A stretch of DNA of 64,000 nucleotides from Takakia lepidozioides. Taxonomy: Eukaryota > Plantae > Bryophyta. Positions 51,724 through 64,000 of this stretch are shown here, piece after piece. The translations under genes were made by a program, and so were the position numbers. How positions within the stretch are numbered: position 1 is the first letter of the stretch; each line of letters starts with the position of its first letter. Under the pieces are notes generated by a model. It was not told the origin of the DNA. It saw only the letters and a program-made list of their open reading frames with translations, and searched no databases. The stretch is taken from positions 13,826,001 to 13,890,000 of the forward strand of contig CM060732.1 of NCBI GenBank assembly GCA_030704615.1. Direction: 5' to 3'.

Positions 51724-51994
51724 GGTTGCCGCGAACAGTGGGGCTTAACACACAGAGGTGGCTGCCCCCAACAACACACTGGTTGCACTAGCCTTGGCAG
51801 CCGGTACCAGTGCTGTACGTGTAGCTCTCCCCAATGGCACAATAACGGCCTTTGTATCTGTCGGGCGAGAACTAGGTGCCATGGATGTCGTTGACACTGT
51901 CTCCCCCAAGATGAATGATTGAGGCAACCTAGCCTGACGGCTTGCCTCCCCACGCTGTGGATCTAACTCCACCTCTGCACCTCGTGGCTCATGA

Positions 51995-54900
51995 CACTAC
52001 AAGAGATGAGCGTTTTTAGGACTAAGGATTGGCGGAGTCATAAAAACGGCACTAAGTATACGACTACAAAGCGCTGAAATGCGTTGCAGTCATAGTTTTA
52101 TCACTTTATAGTAATGGATATCACTACATGACTCCGGAAAATTAGGGAGCATTGGTCAAACATTGTTGACCATGATGACAAGGATGGTTTTATGACTAGT
52201 GTGATATGTTTGACTAGACGTGGACGACGTTTCATGGAATCTTGTGACTCCATGACTGAAGATGGTTTTACAGCTCTATTTATACGACTACATCCCTACA
52301 CGTGTCATTTTGAAAGCACATACATGAATGTATTCATCCATTGGATGAGTTTATCCATCGATGACATGGCATGTAAACTTATGAGTCCCTTACTGCAAAT
52401 TGTATCATAACTCTATATATATGACTACATCACTACACATGTCATTTAAAAGGCATATACATTGATGAATTCATTCAATGGATGGGTTCATCCATCCGCC
52501 TATACGGTGTGTCGATTTGATATATGTTCAATAAATTGGACCTGGATGGACGTGGCTTAACAAGGATCGCAAGATATATGAGATTAAAATACGTGGTTGT
52601 ACAAGGTTAGATCATGATGGAAATTATTTTGAATCGTTAGATTTTACAGGATCTAACGGTCTAGATTGTTTAAGATCTAACGGTTTAAGATTACACCGCC
52701 GAACTTTACACCGGGCTGGGACTTAGGCTTTTTTGTCTCCTGCGTTTCACCTATTTGATGTTGTGTCATGGAACGCGATGATCGTAGGATATGCAGGGGC
52801 GTGGGATGGAGGCTTTGCAGACCTTCCTACACTTGAGCAAATGATGCAGGAAGGAGAAGAAGAGGAGGAGAGGAGACGAGGAGAAGATCCCAACATTCTT
52901 GTGAGCTCACCGTTTTTGGGAGAGAGACGAGACGAGGAGACGCTCGCCGTTCTTGGGAGAGTCAGCTTGGTCTTAGCAGGCCGTGTTTCAATCTCTGCCT
53001 GCTCAGCTGCATCGTGGTGGTTCGATCTCACATACCAATCCAACATTACCTGACTACAGATACAAACAGCACACACAAGGGGTCCTTTTGGGCTGATGGT
53101 CGGTCAAATCCTCTATGGGTCATGATACAAGGTAAAGGATAATGTGGTGAGGATACCTTCTTCTTTGACCTATTTCAGCCTGTTTTGCTCTGTTTGGCAG
53201 CATGAAAGTATCCAAAAATAGGTAATAGAGATGAGGAGAAGCTTTGGAATGAACATTTTTCCGACCCCAGTCAATGGCGAGACAATGGAGACAAAAAGGT
53301 GAATGCATGTTGGACTACACTAGAGAGAAGTAGATGCAATTTAGAATTAGAACTACTGTAATAATTAGGGTTGGGGTTTGCTGAAAGAACTTCACGCCGT
53401 CAGTGTCAGCTGCTAGCAGCAAGTATTCATGATTTGTACACAGACAGGGGTAGCTAAAGGACCAGGGATAGAGGTCCAGGTTCATCCAAGAGGGTTTTTA
53501 AGGTTTCATCCATACTGAATGAAATTTCTGTTATAACCATAACTGGATGATTTACAGGCAGATATGCATTTCAATGCATTTTAGGTTTATGCTCCTTTGA
53601 TTTAAACCTATTGAATGCCCATTTTTCATCCTGGTCTGATACCATCCATACCGGATGGTGGATGAAATCGCGGGTGGTTTTCCTTTAAGTGTCTCTCTGC
53701 CCTAGACACAACACGATATCGTGCGTGCTTTTTTTCTCTGGAAGAGGGCGATGGCAGACGAATGCTCGATGGCGGCTGAATGCCCGAGCAGCAAGATCCG
53801 AACGGGTGTGTTCTTGTTTTTTGAACGCGCGATGACGGCAGACACTTTCATCTCCCGCGATGGCAAATGACATACTGTTATGTTTGCCTACGTTTTTTCC
53901 TCTTTGATGAAGCAGCGGCGGTTATGGAGGTGGGGAAGCGGCCTGTATTACAAGATACAACCTGTCCTCAACTCTCCTCCCGTTGCATTTTGTTGTGCTC
54001 GTTCAAATTCAGATGATGAACACTGCAGCGTCCTACTCCACAAAAAGATTGAGGTTCTTTGTGGTGTCACATCTATGCTTTCTTCTGCTGGTTCTGTGAT
54101 CTTTGCATGCTTTATGGCTCATACCTGACATGGATAGCAACTGTGAAATCCTGTAATTCACTCGCGCATCCTCACTAACGCACAAAACATTTTTTGTGTT
54201 TGTTTTTGGGACGGGCGCAGGGTGAGGGATTTCACTTAGCATGAACTCTTTGGCTTGCACATGATCTGGTTACTGCAAGAGGGATAAGATATGCTGCAAG
54301 CTGCCGTTGTTGCAATTTTCTGCTTCAAAGCTGCTTCAAGGGGGATATGCCTTAAACCTTTACTTTGATTTCTGGTTCTTGGTAACCAAATCTGTTAAGT
54401 CAGGGAAGTAAATGGGCTGGGCCTCCTAGAAATCAGACCTTTTGTGAAGGTTCGGGCTGGTTGTTGTGATGACAAGGGTTTGGTGATGCAAGTGTGACAT
54501 TGGATGCATTTTTCCAGACCTGTTTTCTGGCCTTTTGGAGAGTCAGACAGTGCTGTTTATGCCTCACCAGTTTAGAATGTATTAAGTAAGGCATTGGGTA
54601 AGCCTTTTTAAGAACACATACATTCTTTCAGGCTCCCCCATGGAGATTATAACCTGATTACAGACTGGTATTTTTGAGGATCTCTCTAAAACTTGGCAGA
54701 GTGACTGGATAAGGCCCTGGGATACATACCATAGCCCTGCATCTACTTATGGAAGTACAATCAGTTCAGCTTGTGCTTTTAGGAACATACAAGTCCTTTA
54801 AAGCTGTAATAGGGAATTATTTTCATCAAAGCTCTCACTCTTAGGCCTGCTAGAATGGTTTTCTCAAAGACCTGTTGAGCTTACAACATACTTGTTTAAG

Positions 54901-55990
54901 CTATTTGAACCCAAGAATTACCAAGCCAGTATTTTTAAAGGGATTTTTTGATTACGAACTGTATTCTTAAGCTCCCCCAGAGATTGGGAATGTGACATGG
55001 TAATGACTCTCTCTCTCTCTCCTCCTCTGATACATGATACATATATACATGATTGTGCAGGCATGGATAGCTGAAGGAGCAGGGATAGAGTGCATGGGTC
55101 CAGATTCATCCAAGAGGGCCGGATTTCAATCTCCAGATTACATATGATTCCCTGTGGAAGGATAGCTACAAGAAACCTGCATGGATAGATGATCAATTGG
55201 GTTGGTCTTGAGCTGAAGAGCACGACCCCTGCAGGGATGTCTCTCCATCTGTAGATCTTTTAGGAAGTGGAAGGCTAGGCCTAGGGCCCAGCTTTCTTAT
55301 GACATTGTTAGCTGATTTTCAGTTCTTCTCCTTAGCTCGGTGCCTTTCTGTTTCCAAGTTATGGCAGTAGTTTCTGGCTGCAGTCTCTTTTCCTGCTAGA
55401 CTCTTTAGCTCTATGCAGACCCCCTTCTTTGCTTGCCTTCCTTCTTACTACTCTTTCTTGTCTTGGTACGCGAAACTGTGTCTTCCTCTTTCAGCCTCTA
55501 TGGCACTCTATCCAGAGGTTATTTTTCCTCTTTGTATCCAAGGACATTTTATGTCCATTACCTATAAAGTTCTAGAGGACACTGTCCCCCACTGTCCCTC
55601 TTTGTTAACAAAAATAAAAATAATAAAAAAAGACAACAATGGCTTCCATTCTATTTTCCTAGATACCTAATGAGAATTTAAATCAATTAATAATCTAAAT
55701 ATTATGTATGATTTAATTTATTAAACATATGTCTCTCTGATGGAGTTATACTTTGTAGACATGTAGTCATGTTAGTCATATATAAATCATATAGTTGTGA
55801 CTACATCCTCTCTACAGCATGACTCCAGGTGCCACACACGCAGTCACGGCTATGACTTGCAAAACGCAGTCTTAAAGACTAGTCGCTATGACATGGTTTT
55901 TTTCACTGCAGAGTGATATAGTCATGAACGCATATAGGACTGAAAAAATAGTCATATGTGCAGTCATAAAAACGCTCATCTGTTGTAGTG
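51995..55990. mobile_element. Non-autonomous Pack-CACTA element
   Basis: TIRs CACTACAA(G/C)AGATGAGCGTTTTTA; 3-bp TSD TGA; empty site seen at about 39400; PPR fragment DVVSWNAMIVGYA at about 52760. Confidence 0.95.
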
Positions 55991-57480
55991 TGAACTCGTG
56001 CTGCTCCTTGAGTGACGGCTGCAGCAGACTCCACCTGCACTAGTGGTAGTGCTGCCCCACACATAAATCCCATGCCTCCCATGTCTCCTCCGTCAGGATG
56101 ACGCTGCTGAGGAGGAACAGAAGGTGGACCCTTAGGTCTTGGAGCTGGTACCACCTGAGCTGTGGCCATGGCAAAAAGCCTTTGCTCTAGTTGCTGAAGC
56201 CGGTTGGCCATGCCTTGGTCAACGCCCTGACCTCCACGTCCTTGGCCATACTGTGCTTGCCCTCGTCCCACACCTCGTGCCTGACCACCTCATCCTCTTT
56301 GAGGTGCTCCACCTCGCCCTCGGGCTCCATAGTTCCCTTGGAACTGGCCTTGCCGCAACTCAGGGTGCAAGTCATAACACTGGGCATCTCCATGCCCATA
56401 CTTGCCACAATGCCCACACTGCAACTGTGCAGGCTGTGCTTGTGCCGGCCCTTTGCCACTTTCTGGGCAATCTTTCTTGACATGGGGTCCTCTACATGTC
56501 CAACATACCACCCCTGGTTGCTGTTGGCCTGCAAAAGAAGCTACTGGCCTCTACACCTGGGGTCCCCTGTAAGCTCCATAGAATTTGGGTTGGGCAACCT
56601 TGCCCCCCTGACCACGCTGTTGGGCAGTCCCTTGTACCTGTTGGCTGGCAGCTGCGCCTCGTGCAGGCATGTCCTTGCCAAATCCAATGGTAACAACTCC
56701 CTCCTCCACCATGTTGAGCTCAATCCGCTCAGCCAGCAAAAACACATCTGCTAATGTGGGTTGGGCCGCTTGTAACAGGGTTGCATCCCGCACCCTTCTC
56801 CTGAGCTCCTTGTCCAAAATTCCATACCAGAACTGGACTGCCTGAGCTTTAGTAACCCCTTGGGTCACACTTATCAAGTGCCTCATACGAGTGTAGGCCT
56901 CTCGTAGGCTCTCATCGCTGGAAGTCTTGTAAACTTTGCAGCTTTTCTGTCCGTACGCCTTGGTAGTTCGTCTGCAACTCCTGGAAGAAGTCCACCACCG
57001 GGTTGAATCTAGGCACATGTGTTGTAGTCGTGGCATGAGGAGTAGTAGCACCTTTTGAACTGGTACCACCTGCAGAAGTACCGGCACTACTTGTTCCACT
57101 ACTAGTGCTGGCAGTGGGAGATATTGGTGCTGATGCAGCTACTGGTCGCGTCGTGCCTCAAGTAATGGAGACGTAGTCAGATGACCAATACATCATCCAC
57201 TCCTCAATCTCTGCTTCATGTCCTCGCATGAACTCGTGGTAATCGTTCATAGGCAGGCCTTCCAAATGCTGGAACAGTCTCTTCCACGCCATGAATGGGG
57301 TGAACAGCTGTGGATTGCGCAGTCTGTGTCTGACTCTGCATTAGTTGAGGGTGGAGGTGAAGGTGGTCTGAAACGAACACCTCGTCTGGTGAACCCACTC
57401 TCACTGCTACTGCTTGTAGCCGTACTCCCCTCAAAACCCTTGGGTAACTCCGTGATGACACTCACAATCCGCACCTCCCC
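55991..57480 (-). pseudogene. gag: gag of the DNMT-gypsy
   Basis: DESLREAYTRM..QAVQFWYGILD; knuckles CWTCRGPHVKKDC and CGHCGKYGHGDAQC. Confidence 0.85.
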
Positions 57481-57930
57481 CACGTGACACTATAAGGCTC
57501 TAGAACTAATTCTAATAGTGACACGGGTGAGCACCTGTTGCGGATTAAGGGTCATATCCCAGTGGCTAAGGGCACCTGCACTTGCATCCACCGCAAGAAC
57601 TCCTATGGTTGGCTGGTCATCAACCCAGCCTCACCATAGAAGAAACATTGGTGGTCTTGCTGGTCATCACTCCAGCCTCACCATCGACAACATACTCTAG
57701 GATTGACCGGTGATCAAATCCGGCCTAATCCCTATGAAAGCAAGCGCCCACACAAAACCAACATGACGCACAGTCAAGCATGCAGGTGTGGGGGGGGGGG
57801 GGGGGGCAAACACAAGAAACCAAAACATCAACACCCCCACACCAAAATCCCTCCACAATGCTGCTCCTGCAGAATACCCCAGCCCAAAAACCCCGGACTG
57901 ACTGGCCTCCACCAAGAGAGGCTTTGGCAA

Positions 57931-58741
57931 CTACAAGTACAAAGTAATGAAAATAGTAAAGAGAGGGAGGGGAAGAATAGAGGTCCGACCAAGCAAGATC
58001 TGATTTTGATCTATGCTATCAACTGCCAGACTTCTCTCAACGTGCCTCGTTTTGCATGATGGTAAGGTGTGGGAGGTATCTATATCCAGAAACCTGCCAC
58101 TAACCTTATCCCAAGCTACAGTAGCTCGCTCTAACCAACCCTCCTCCTCTCTCTGCCAGGTAGAGACAAAACAATACTCCCCTATCTCCCGCTCACAGAA
58201 TACTAAAGAAAATAAAGGTAGGGTCTGACAGTCTCTCAACTCGAAAGCTTTGAGACGGTTGCGGGTGTCCTTGTTGCAAATGACTGCATCTCCTTCAAGC
58301 AGAACAAACTGTTTGTGTGCTAATGAACCCCCGTTTGTGGTTGCCTCGTGCAGAGCGTGTCCGGCTGCAACCACGTCTGATTGCAAAAACTTGTGCAGCT
58401 CCTACTCCTCTGCTCCAGTACACCACGGCCTTGTGGCTGAACACCTTGGTCCCCGGGGCTGTCTTTGGCTGTGTTCCAAGCCTAGCTTCCACCCACTTTG
58501 GTATTTCACCTACAGCTGCAGAACTGCTTGCTCCAACAGAGTTCTGACTGTCCAAAGCAATATTGAGGCCCTCAACGTTACTGCCTGTTTGCGCTTCGAA
58601 CATACGATTGTGATCTGCCCACCAAACCAAGGTGTCTGCCACCGTACTCCCCCGCTGCACGGATGGCATGCAGCTCAATCTTTCAACCCGTTTTCTTCTG
58701 GTGGAATTCCGGCTTAGGCGGGGAGCTATTTTTGGATCCAC
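57931..58741 (-). pseudogene. Extra ORF upstream of gag (frameshifted), unknown function
   Basis: Overlapping ORFs 58295-58741 and 57931-58386. Confidence 0.4.
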
Positions 58742-59202
58742 CGCTTACCACCCTCCTACAACTGGCAACGAGAGAAACCCTACCAGCTGCTATACGACAG
58801 TGGTTTCAGGACCTTTGTCCAAGTAACTATGGATCCTTTACCCTGCACAGCCTTTCGACAAGATCATTGCGATCGAGGTCTGTCCTCAGAACCTCGCACT
58901 CGCACTAGATCGCAGCTTGCTTCCGCAGGTAGCTTGCAAGCGTGGAATCCCGTCTTCCCCTTACAGCCATAGGTTATGGTGAACACATTATTCTACTGCC
59001 CCCCGAATCAACTTCCTCCAAAATACATCGCTCCTGTGCAACAACAACAAAACGGAAAACGCTTCTTGGACGAGATTGGTGTGGCTTATGACGAGTTGGA
59101 GATACGTCGTCATCAAGCATGCCGCTCTCTTCACCTCGACCATCGACATAGTGCTAACATAAAAGAACTCTATCTAGCTTAGCACTACAAAAGCTAGACA
59201 TG

Positions 59203-59216
59203 TCATCTCTCTCGAG
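59203..59216 (-). promoter_or_regulatory. Self-priming PBS (Tf1/sushi type)
   Basis: CTCGAGAGAGATGA follows the LTR end directly and is the exact complement of LTR 59401-59414. Confidence 0.8.
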
Positions 59217-59566
59217 TGATAGAAAACTAAAATCACACTGTTGACACAATGACATGAAATACAACACCATCACTCGTTAAACTAAGAGTTGAGTCAGGGG
59301 CACCCCAAGCTATGGGGACTCCACCCCACAACATCCTATTCTCCTTTCATAAGCACACTTAGATTCTAAGCAGTGAAGAAGCTCGGTCGTGTAGGCTCAA
59401 CTCGAGAGAGATGAGCCGCACGACTGACGCTCTCGTGAAGATAAGATGGTTTAGGTGTCAAGCTAAACTTGACACTTGACTTAACACTTGAACTAAATCC
59501 AAGTGTTAAATACAAATAACTAGCTTTATTCTAGTTAGTTTCACACTGTGTTTATTTAACTTGACA

Positions 59567-60066
59567 AGAGTATCTCGTGAAATGGAAAGACTATCATCAA
59601 GTAGAGGCAACTTGGATGCGTGCCTTAGAAATGGAAAACGCACCCGAGGCGGTGGCAACATTCGAAGGGCAACCTCAAAAGCGGAAGGAGCGTTGATGGG
59701 GACATCAATCTTAGGTGGTGGGGGAGGGCATGCATGTTTAGTCCGGTTTAGCTAGCTCGGGAATCCGATTGCAAAGACTTGTGTTGTACAAACCTTGTTC
59801 ATAAAGAGAAGGTTGTGTTTCCTATTTTGTTTGGAATGGTGATGCCCTGGTGATGCATGGCATGGTTGGCTAGTATGTAGAATGCATGCTAGCTTATAAA
59901 AAATAGAGAGAGGTAAATTGGACAGGTCGTGTGTTTGCGTAGTGTCAAAATCAGGTGACTCCCATTTAAGGAGCAAAGAAACTTGTGCCTTCTTTGGGAG
60001 TTCACGTGCTAGTACGCACCTGCGGGCTAACGTGAAAGTTACATGCTTCCGGTCATGTACTATAAT
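59567..60066 (+). mobile_element. Chromodomain, PPT and start of the 3' LTR of the chromovirus
   Basis: EYLVKWKDY..EATW; PPT ggtggtggggaggg; an inverted homolog of the LTR is at about 63830-64000. Confidence 0.85.
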
Positions 60067-62450
60067 TGTCGCGGCCCTTTGCCTTGAGGGTAGGGGGTCG
60101 GGACACATGAGGGGCTGCCCCTGTGGTGGGGGCATCGGCAGCGATAGGTATGGGGGGCTGAAGCACCCTTGAGTGCCCAAGGCACTGAAGGAGGCGGAGG
60201 CGCTCACTAGGTGGAGTCCCGCACACCGGGTTGCGGTGGGGGTGGCTCCACAAGGGGTGGTGGTAGCTTAGCGGGACTTAGTGGGGGTGGCATAGGACTC
60301 ACCATGGGAGCGGAGACCTCGGAGCTGAACCACAAGAAGACCCGGCGGGAAGGTGACTCCTTCCGACCGGAAAAGAAGTGGGATAGGCCACGCGGCGACA
60401 ATGGCACGTGGAAATCGAAGGGAGAGGCCTTCACACGTCAAGGCGGCACCCGGTGCTTCGAAAGGAAAAGCGGGTGGAGCGGCTTATGGCGGACAGAAGG
60501 CAACCTTTGATGGAGTGTGTTTCAATTGCGGGGAGCCCGGGCACATGGCCAAGAAGTGCACGAAACCTCGACAATTGAACATGACTCGGGCAACCACGGA
60601 GCTGTCGGAAGATACCATCAGTCGCCTAGGGGAAGTGGTGGTCGCCAGGACTTGCAAGGTAGGCAACTATTCTTGTGAGTTGTATCAGGAAACTGGCGCC
60701 CTGCGTAAAGGGAGTCAGTTATTGTTTGTGGATGGGATAATATCCGGAACTAACGTGTCGTTGTTGGTGGACACAGGAGCGTCGCACTCCTTCATGACGC
60801 CGGCAACGGCGCGAAAGTTGGGACTCCCGACAAGTGACGTGGGGGCCTCTATTGAGGTGCGTTCTGCCAAAGGAGAACCACAATTGGCAACAAGGTTGGC
60901 GTTTGATGTTCTCCTTCAACTGGGGAGTTGGGAGGGACGTGAGAACTTCACCATCTGCGAGATCGATGGAGTGGATCTCATTTTGGGGATGACCTTTTTG
61001 AGCAAATCCGGAGCGGTCATAGATGGCCGTAAGAGAGTGGTCACACTGCCATGTGGGAATGGTGGCGAGGTTTTACGAGTGTCGGAAACGCCCAAATCCG
61101 TGGGAGGGCGAAAAACCTTCTGTCAGCAAGGGAGTGGGCCGTGGAGGAGGCACACGAGCCCCAGTTTTTGCTTTACATTAGAGAAGTGAAAGGAGAAGGC
61201 GATGGGGAGCCGAGCCCAGATTGGATCAAGGGGATTTTGGAGAAATACCAGGATGTGATGCCGGAGGATTTACCAAGCGGCTTGCCACCACGAAGAGGAG
61301 TTGACCACAAGATTGAGGTGATACCGGGATCGGAACCGCCTGCCAAGGCGCCCTACCGGTTGAGCCACAGAGAGTTGGTTGAGCTGAAGACTCAGCTCAA
61401 GGATCTAATGTCAAAGGGGTACATCCGGCCGAGTAAGTCACCTTACGGAGCCCCGGTGCTATTTGCAGACAAGAAGGATGGGACGCTGCGGATGTGTGTC
61501 GATTACAGGGCTCTGAATAAGGTGACTATCAAAAACCGGTACCCTTTGCCAAGGATCGACGACCTCTTCGATCGGTTGGCAGGAGCGAAGTATTTCAGCT
61601 GGATCGACTTGCGCTCCGGCTATCACCAAATTCGGGTGGCGGAAAGAGATGAGAAGAAAACCACGTGCAGGACAAGGTATGGTTCATATGAGTTCTTGGT
61701 GATGCCTTTTGGGCTCACTAATGCACCGGCGACCTTTAGCACGCTGATGAACAGCCTTTTCAGGAGTGGTTGGATGACTTTGTGATTGTATACATCGACG
61801 ACATCTTGGTGTACTCAAAAACAAAGGAGGACACCCTGGAGCACCTCAAAAGGGTGTTCCAAAAGTTGCGGGAAGGGAAGCTGTATGCCAAAGCTTCAAA
61901 ATGCGAATTCGGGGTCACGAAAGTGAAGTTCTTGGGGCATGTGATTACACAGGATGGGATCAAAATGGATGACAGAAAGGTGAGGGCGATCTTGGACTGG
62001 GAGCCTCCGACTTCGGTCCCGGGAGTGCGATCCTTCCTAGGACTCGCCTCCTATTACCGGAAGTATGTGAGAAATTTCGCCAAGATTGCGGGGCCGCTGT
62101 CAGACCTTCTGTGTAAATCTAAAGTCTGGGCATGGAACACCTTTTGTGGCCAAGCTTTTGCTGAATTGAAGCAGCGGATGGCGGAAGCTCCAGTCTTGAA
62201 AATCCCGGAGTTCGATCGTCCGTTCGAGATACATACAGATGCGTCGGACTTCGCGATTGGGGGTGTACTGATGCAAGATGAACGTCCAGTGGCTTACGAA
62301 AGTAAGAAACTGAATGAAGTGGAGCGACGGTGGCCGACGCATGAGAAAGAGATGAAGGCGGTGGTGCACTGTCTTGAGCTTTGGCACCACTATGTTGGTT
62401 CCAACCCAGTGAAGGTGTTCACGGACAATGTCACGGTGAAGTATTTTGCC
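60067..62450 (+). mobile_element. Gypsy family 2 copy: partial LTR fused by deletion to gag-PR-RT-RH, 3' truncated
   Basis: LTR matches 14919-14650; CFNCGEPGHMAKKC, LVDTGASHSF, YIDD, TDASD. Confidence 0.92.
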
Positions 62451-62567
62451 ATTAAAATTCTATTAATCTTGAAAATCATCACTATCGTCGTCCTGTCCTT
62501 GACTGTCCTGCTCCGCCTCCACCCCGTCATTGTCTTTCTCATCTCCAGCGGACTGCTCATTGGCCAG

Positions 62568-63291
62568 TGTCGCGCACCTCACTTCGGTAAGCTCCCCCCT
62601 CAAGTCATAGTTACTCGCTTGATGCGCGCGCCTAACTCCCAACTTGGCCGCCGGGCCAACTTGGAGCTCTGGCTGCTCACCGGGGCATAACGGTCCCCAT
62701 TTGATCTCCCAAAGAACCCTCCAACGGTTTGGAACCAGCCGAATTCCCTTTGGTAGTTGGCGGTCCGGAACAGCTCCCCACTCTTTGGTCGCTTTCCGGC
62801 TCGCTTGCTTACTCACTAGTTTTTGGTCACCAACGGGCTTGCACCGTTCTCGGGGTTACTACTCCCTATATATACTGCTGTAGCTGTCCACGGGGGTTTC
62901 ACAAACAACCATGCCATTTTATGGCGAACCACCACGAACACCCTCGACTCCTGGTGATGAGTCGCGGTGAGTCTTGGCCAACCCACCACGGCCCGTATGG
63001 ACCATGATGAGTCCCAAGACTCCCCACTACTCCCACCACGAGGTCTCCGCCCCAGGGTGAGTCCTATGCCACCCCCACTAAGACCCGCTAAGCTACCACC
63101 ACCCCTTGTGGAGCCACCCCCACCGCAACCGGTGTGCGGGGCTCCACCTAGTGAGCGCCTCCGCCTCCTTGAGTGCCTTGGGCACTCAAGGGTGCTTCAG
63201 CCCCCATACCTATCGCTGCCACTGCCCCCACCACAGGGGCAGCCCCTCTTGTGTCCCGACCCCCCTGCCCTCAAGGCAAAGGGCCGCGACA
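62568..63291 (-). repeat. 3' LTR of gypsy family 2
   Basis: Homologous to 14166-14919, with a purine-rich tract upstream on the minus strand. Confidence 0.9.
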
Positions 63292-63429
63292 CACACCCCT
63301 ACCAACAGGGAGTCGATGTCCTCATCGGCTTGTCCATTTTGTGGAAACGAACATCCAAGTTGTGGCGTCCCACATCAAGGAGTTTGTTTCCGTACCATGG
63401 CATCCCATGACAAAGAACCAAACCCCACA

Positions 63430-64000
63430 CTTGACTCTACTCTCCACTAGCTAGTTCGGCCGACTTCCTCCAAGTCCCGGCCAAGGGTGGAGCCTCTCAA
63501 GCTCCTCCCTGTGCACTCTTCTTGGCTACTTCAAGGCCAAGGAACGATCCTCCCCGAGGATCGAATCGCCCTTACTACAACAACATTGTTTGCGACGCTC
63601 ATGATGCCGCTTTTGGCATCACCTTGAGCAAGGGTTCACCTCGAACCCTCTTTGACTAGGAAGATAAACTTGAACCAACCGCGCGCCCCAATCACTACAA
63701 TTAGGTCCGCCTTGGAATGCTGGCCTGAGGTACGGGAACACGCCGAAGCGCACTACGACTTCGTCCCGAGGCTACACGATTATAGTACGTGAACGGAAGC
63801 ACGTAGCTTCCGCGTTAGCCCGCACTACAAAGCAACCCCCTCGGTAGCGCAGTTATAGTATGCGCACGCGCCAGGTGCGCACTAGCACGTGAACTCCTAA
63901 AGAAGGCGCAAGTTTCCTTGCCTCTTGGATGGGAGTCACCCGATTTCGGCACTGCGCAAACACACGATTAAACCAATTTACCTCTCCCACTTTTGTAAGC
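63430..64000 (-). repeat. LTR fragment related to 59730-60066
   Basis: 63880-64000 is reverse-complement similar to 59890-60020. Confidence 0.65.

Larger units (their letters stand above)
40727..59566 (-). mobile_element. Ty3/gypsy element encoding a C5-DNA methyltransferase and a PHD-integrase, with permuted LTR
   Basis: TSD AGAG at 40723-40726 and 59567-59570 restores the host frame QELEYLV. B at 59217-59566 and 40813-41147; A at 41150-41234 and 40727-40811. Confidence 0.92.

Noticed and set aside
62568-63291. Solo LTR or permuted LTR for gypsy family 2
   Set aside because: The flanks show no TSD and a PPT-like tract is adjacent; it looks like a conventional 3' LTR.

Overview
TE-dense eukaryotic DNA, probably from a seed-free land plant (inferred from PLS-type PPR fragments, GT-AG introns and moss/fern-type TE families). 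I recognise no intact host gene; the window is a nest of decayed transposons. (1) Two copies of a large MULE-like DNA transposon (1-1545 and 14920-25459) carry a GCM-type/DDE transposase, a ParB-like gene, a beta-class N4/N6 DNA-methyltransferase-like gene and at least 23 copies of a 16-bp palindrome (ATTTCGGCGCCGAAAT). (2) Conventional Ty3/gypsy elements occupy 1546-13229, 13230-14919 and 60067-63420, and a chromoviral integrase is split over 38024-59700. (3) A Ty3/gypsy element (40727-59566) encodes a C5-cytosine methyltransferase within pol and a PHD finger on integrase, has a self-priming PBS, and is interrupted by two CACTA elements. (4) Main novelty candidate: two unrelated LTR families (40727-59566 with its derivative 38243-40007, and 31080-36850) are integrated in a circularly permuted 'split-LTR' form: B - PBS - internal - PPT - A-gc-B - A. 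Both have 4-bp TSDs and ends inside the LTR at a palindromic CA-GC-TG site, as expected if a 2-LTR circle were the integration substrate.
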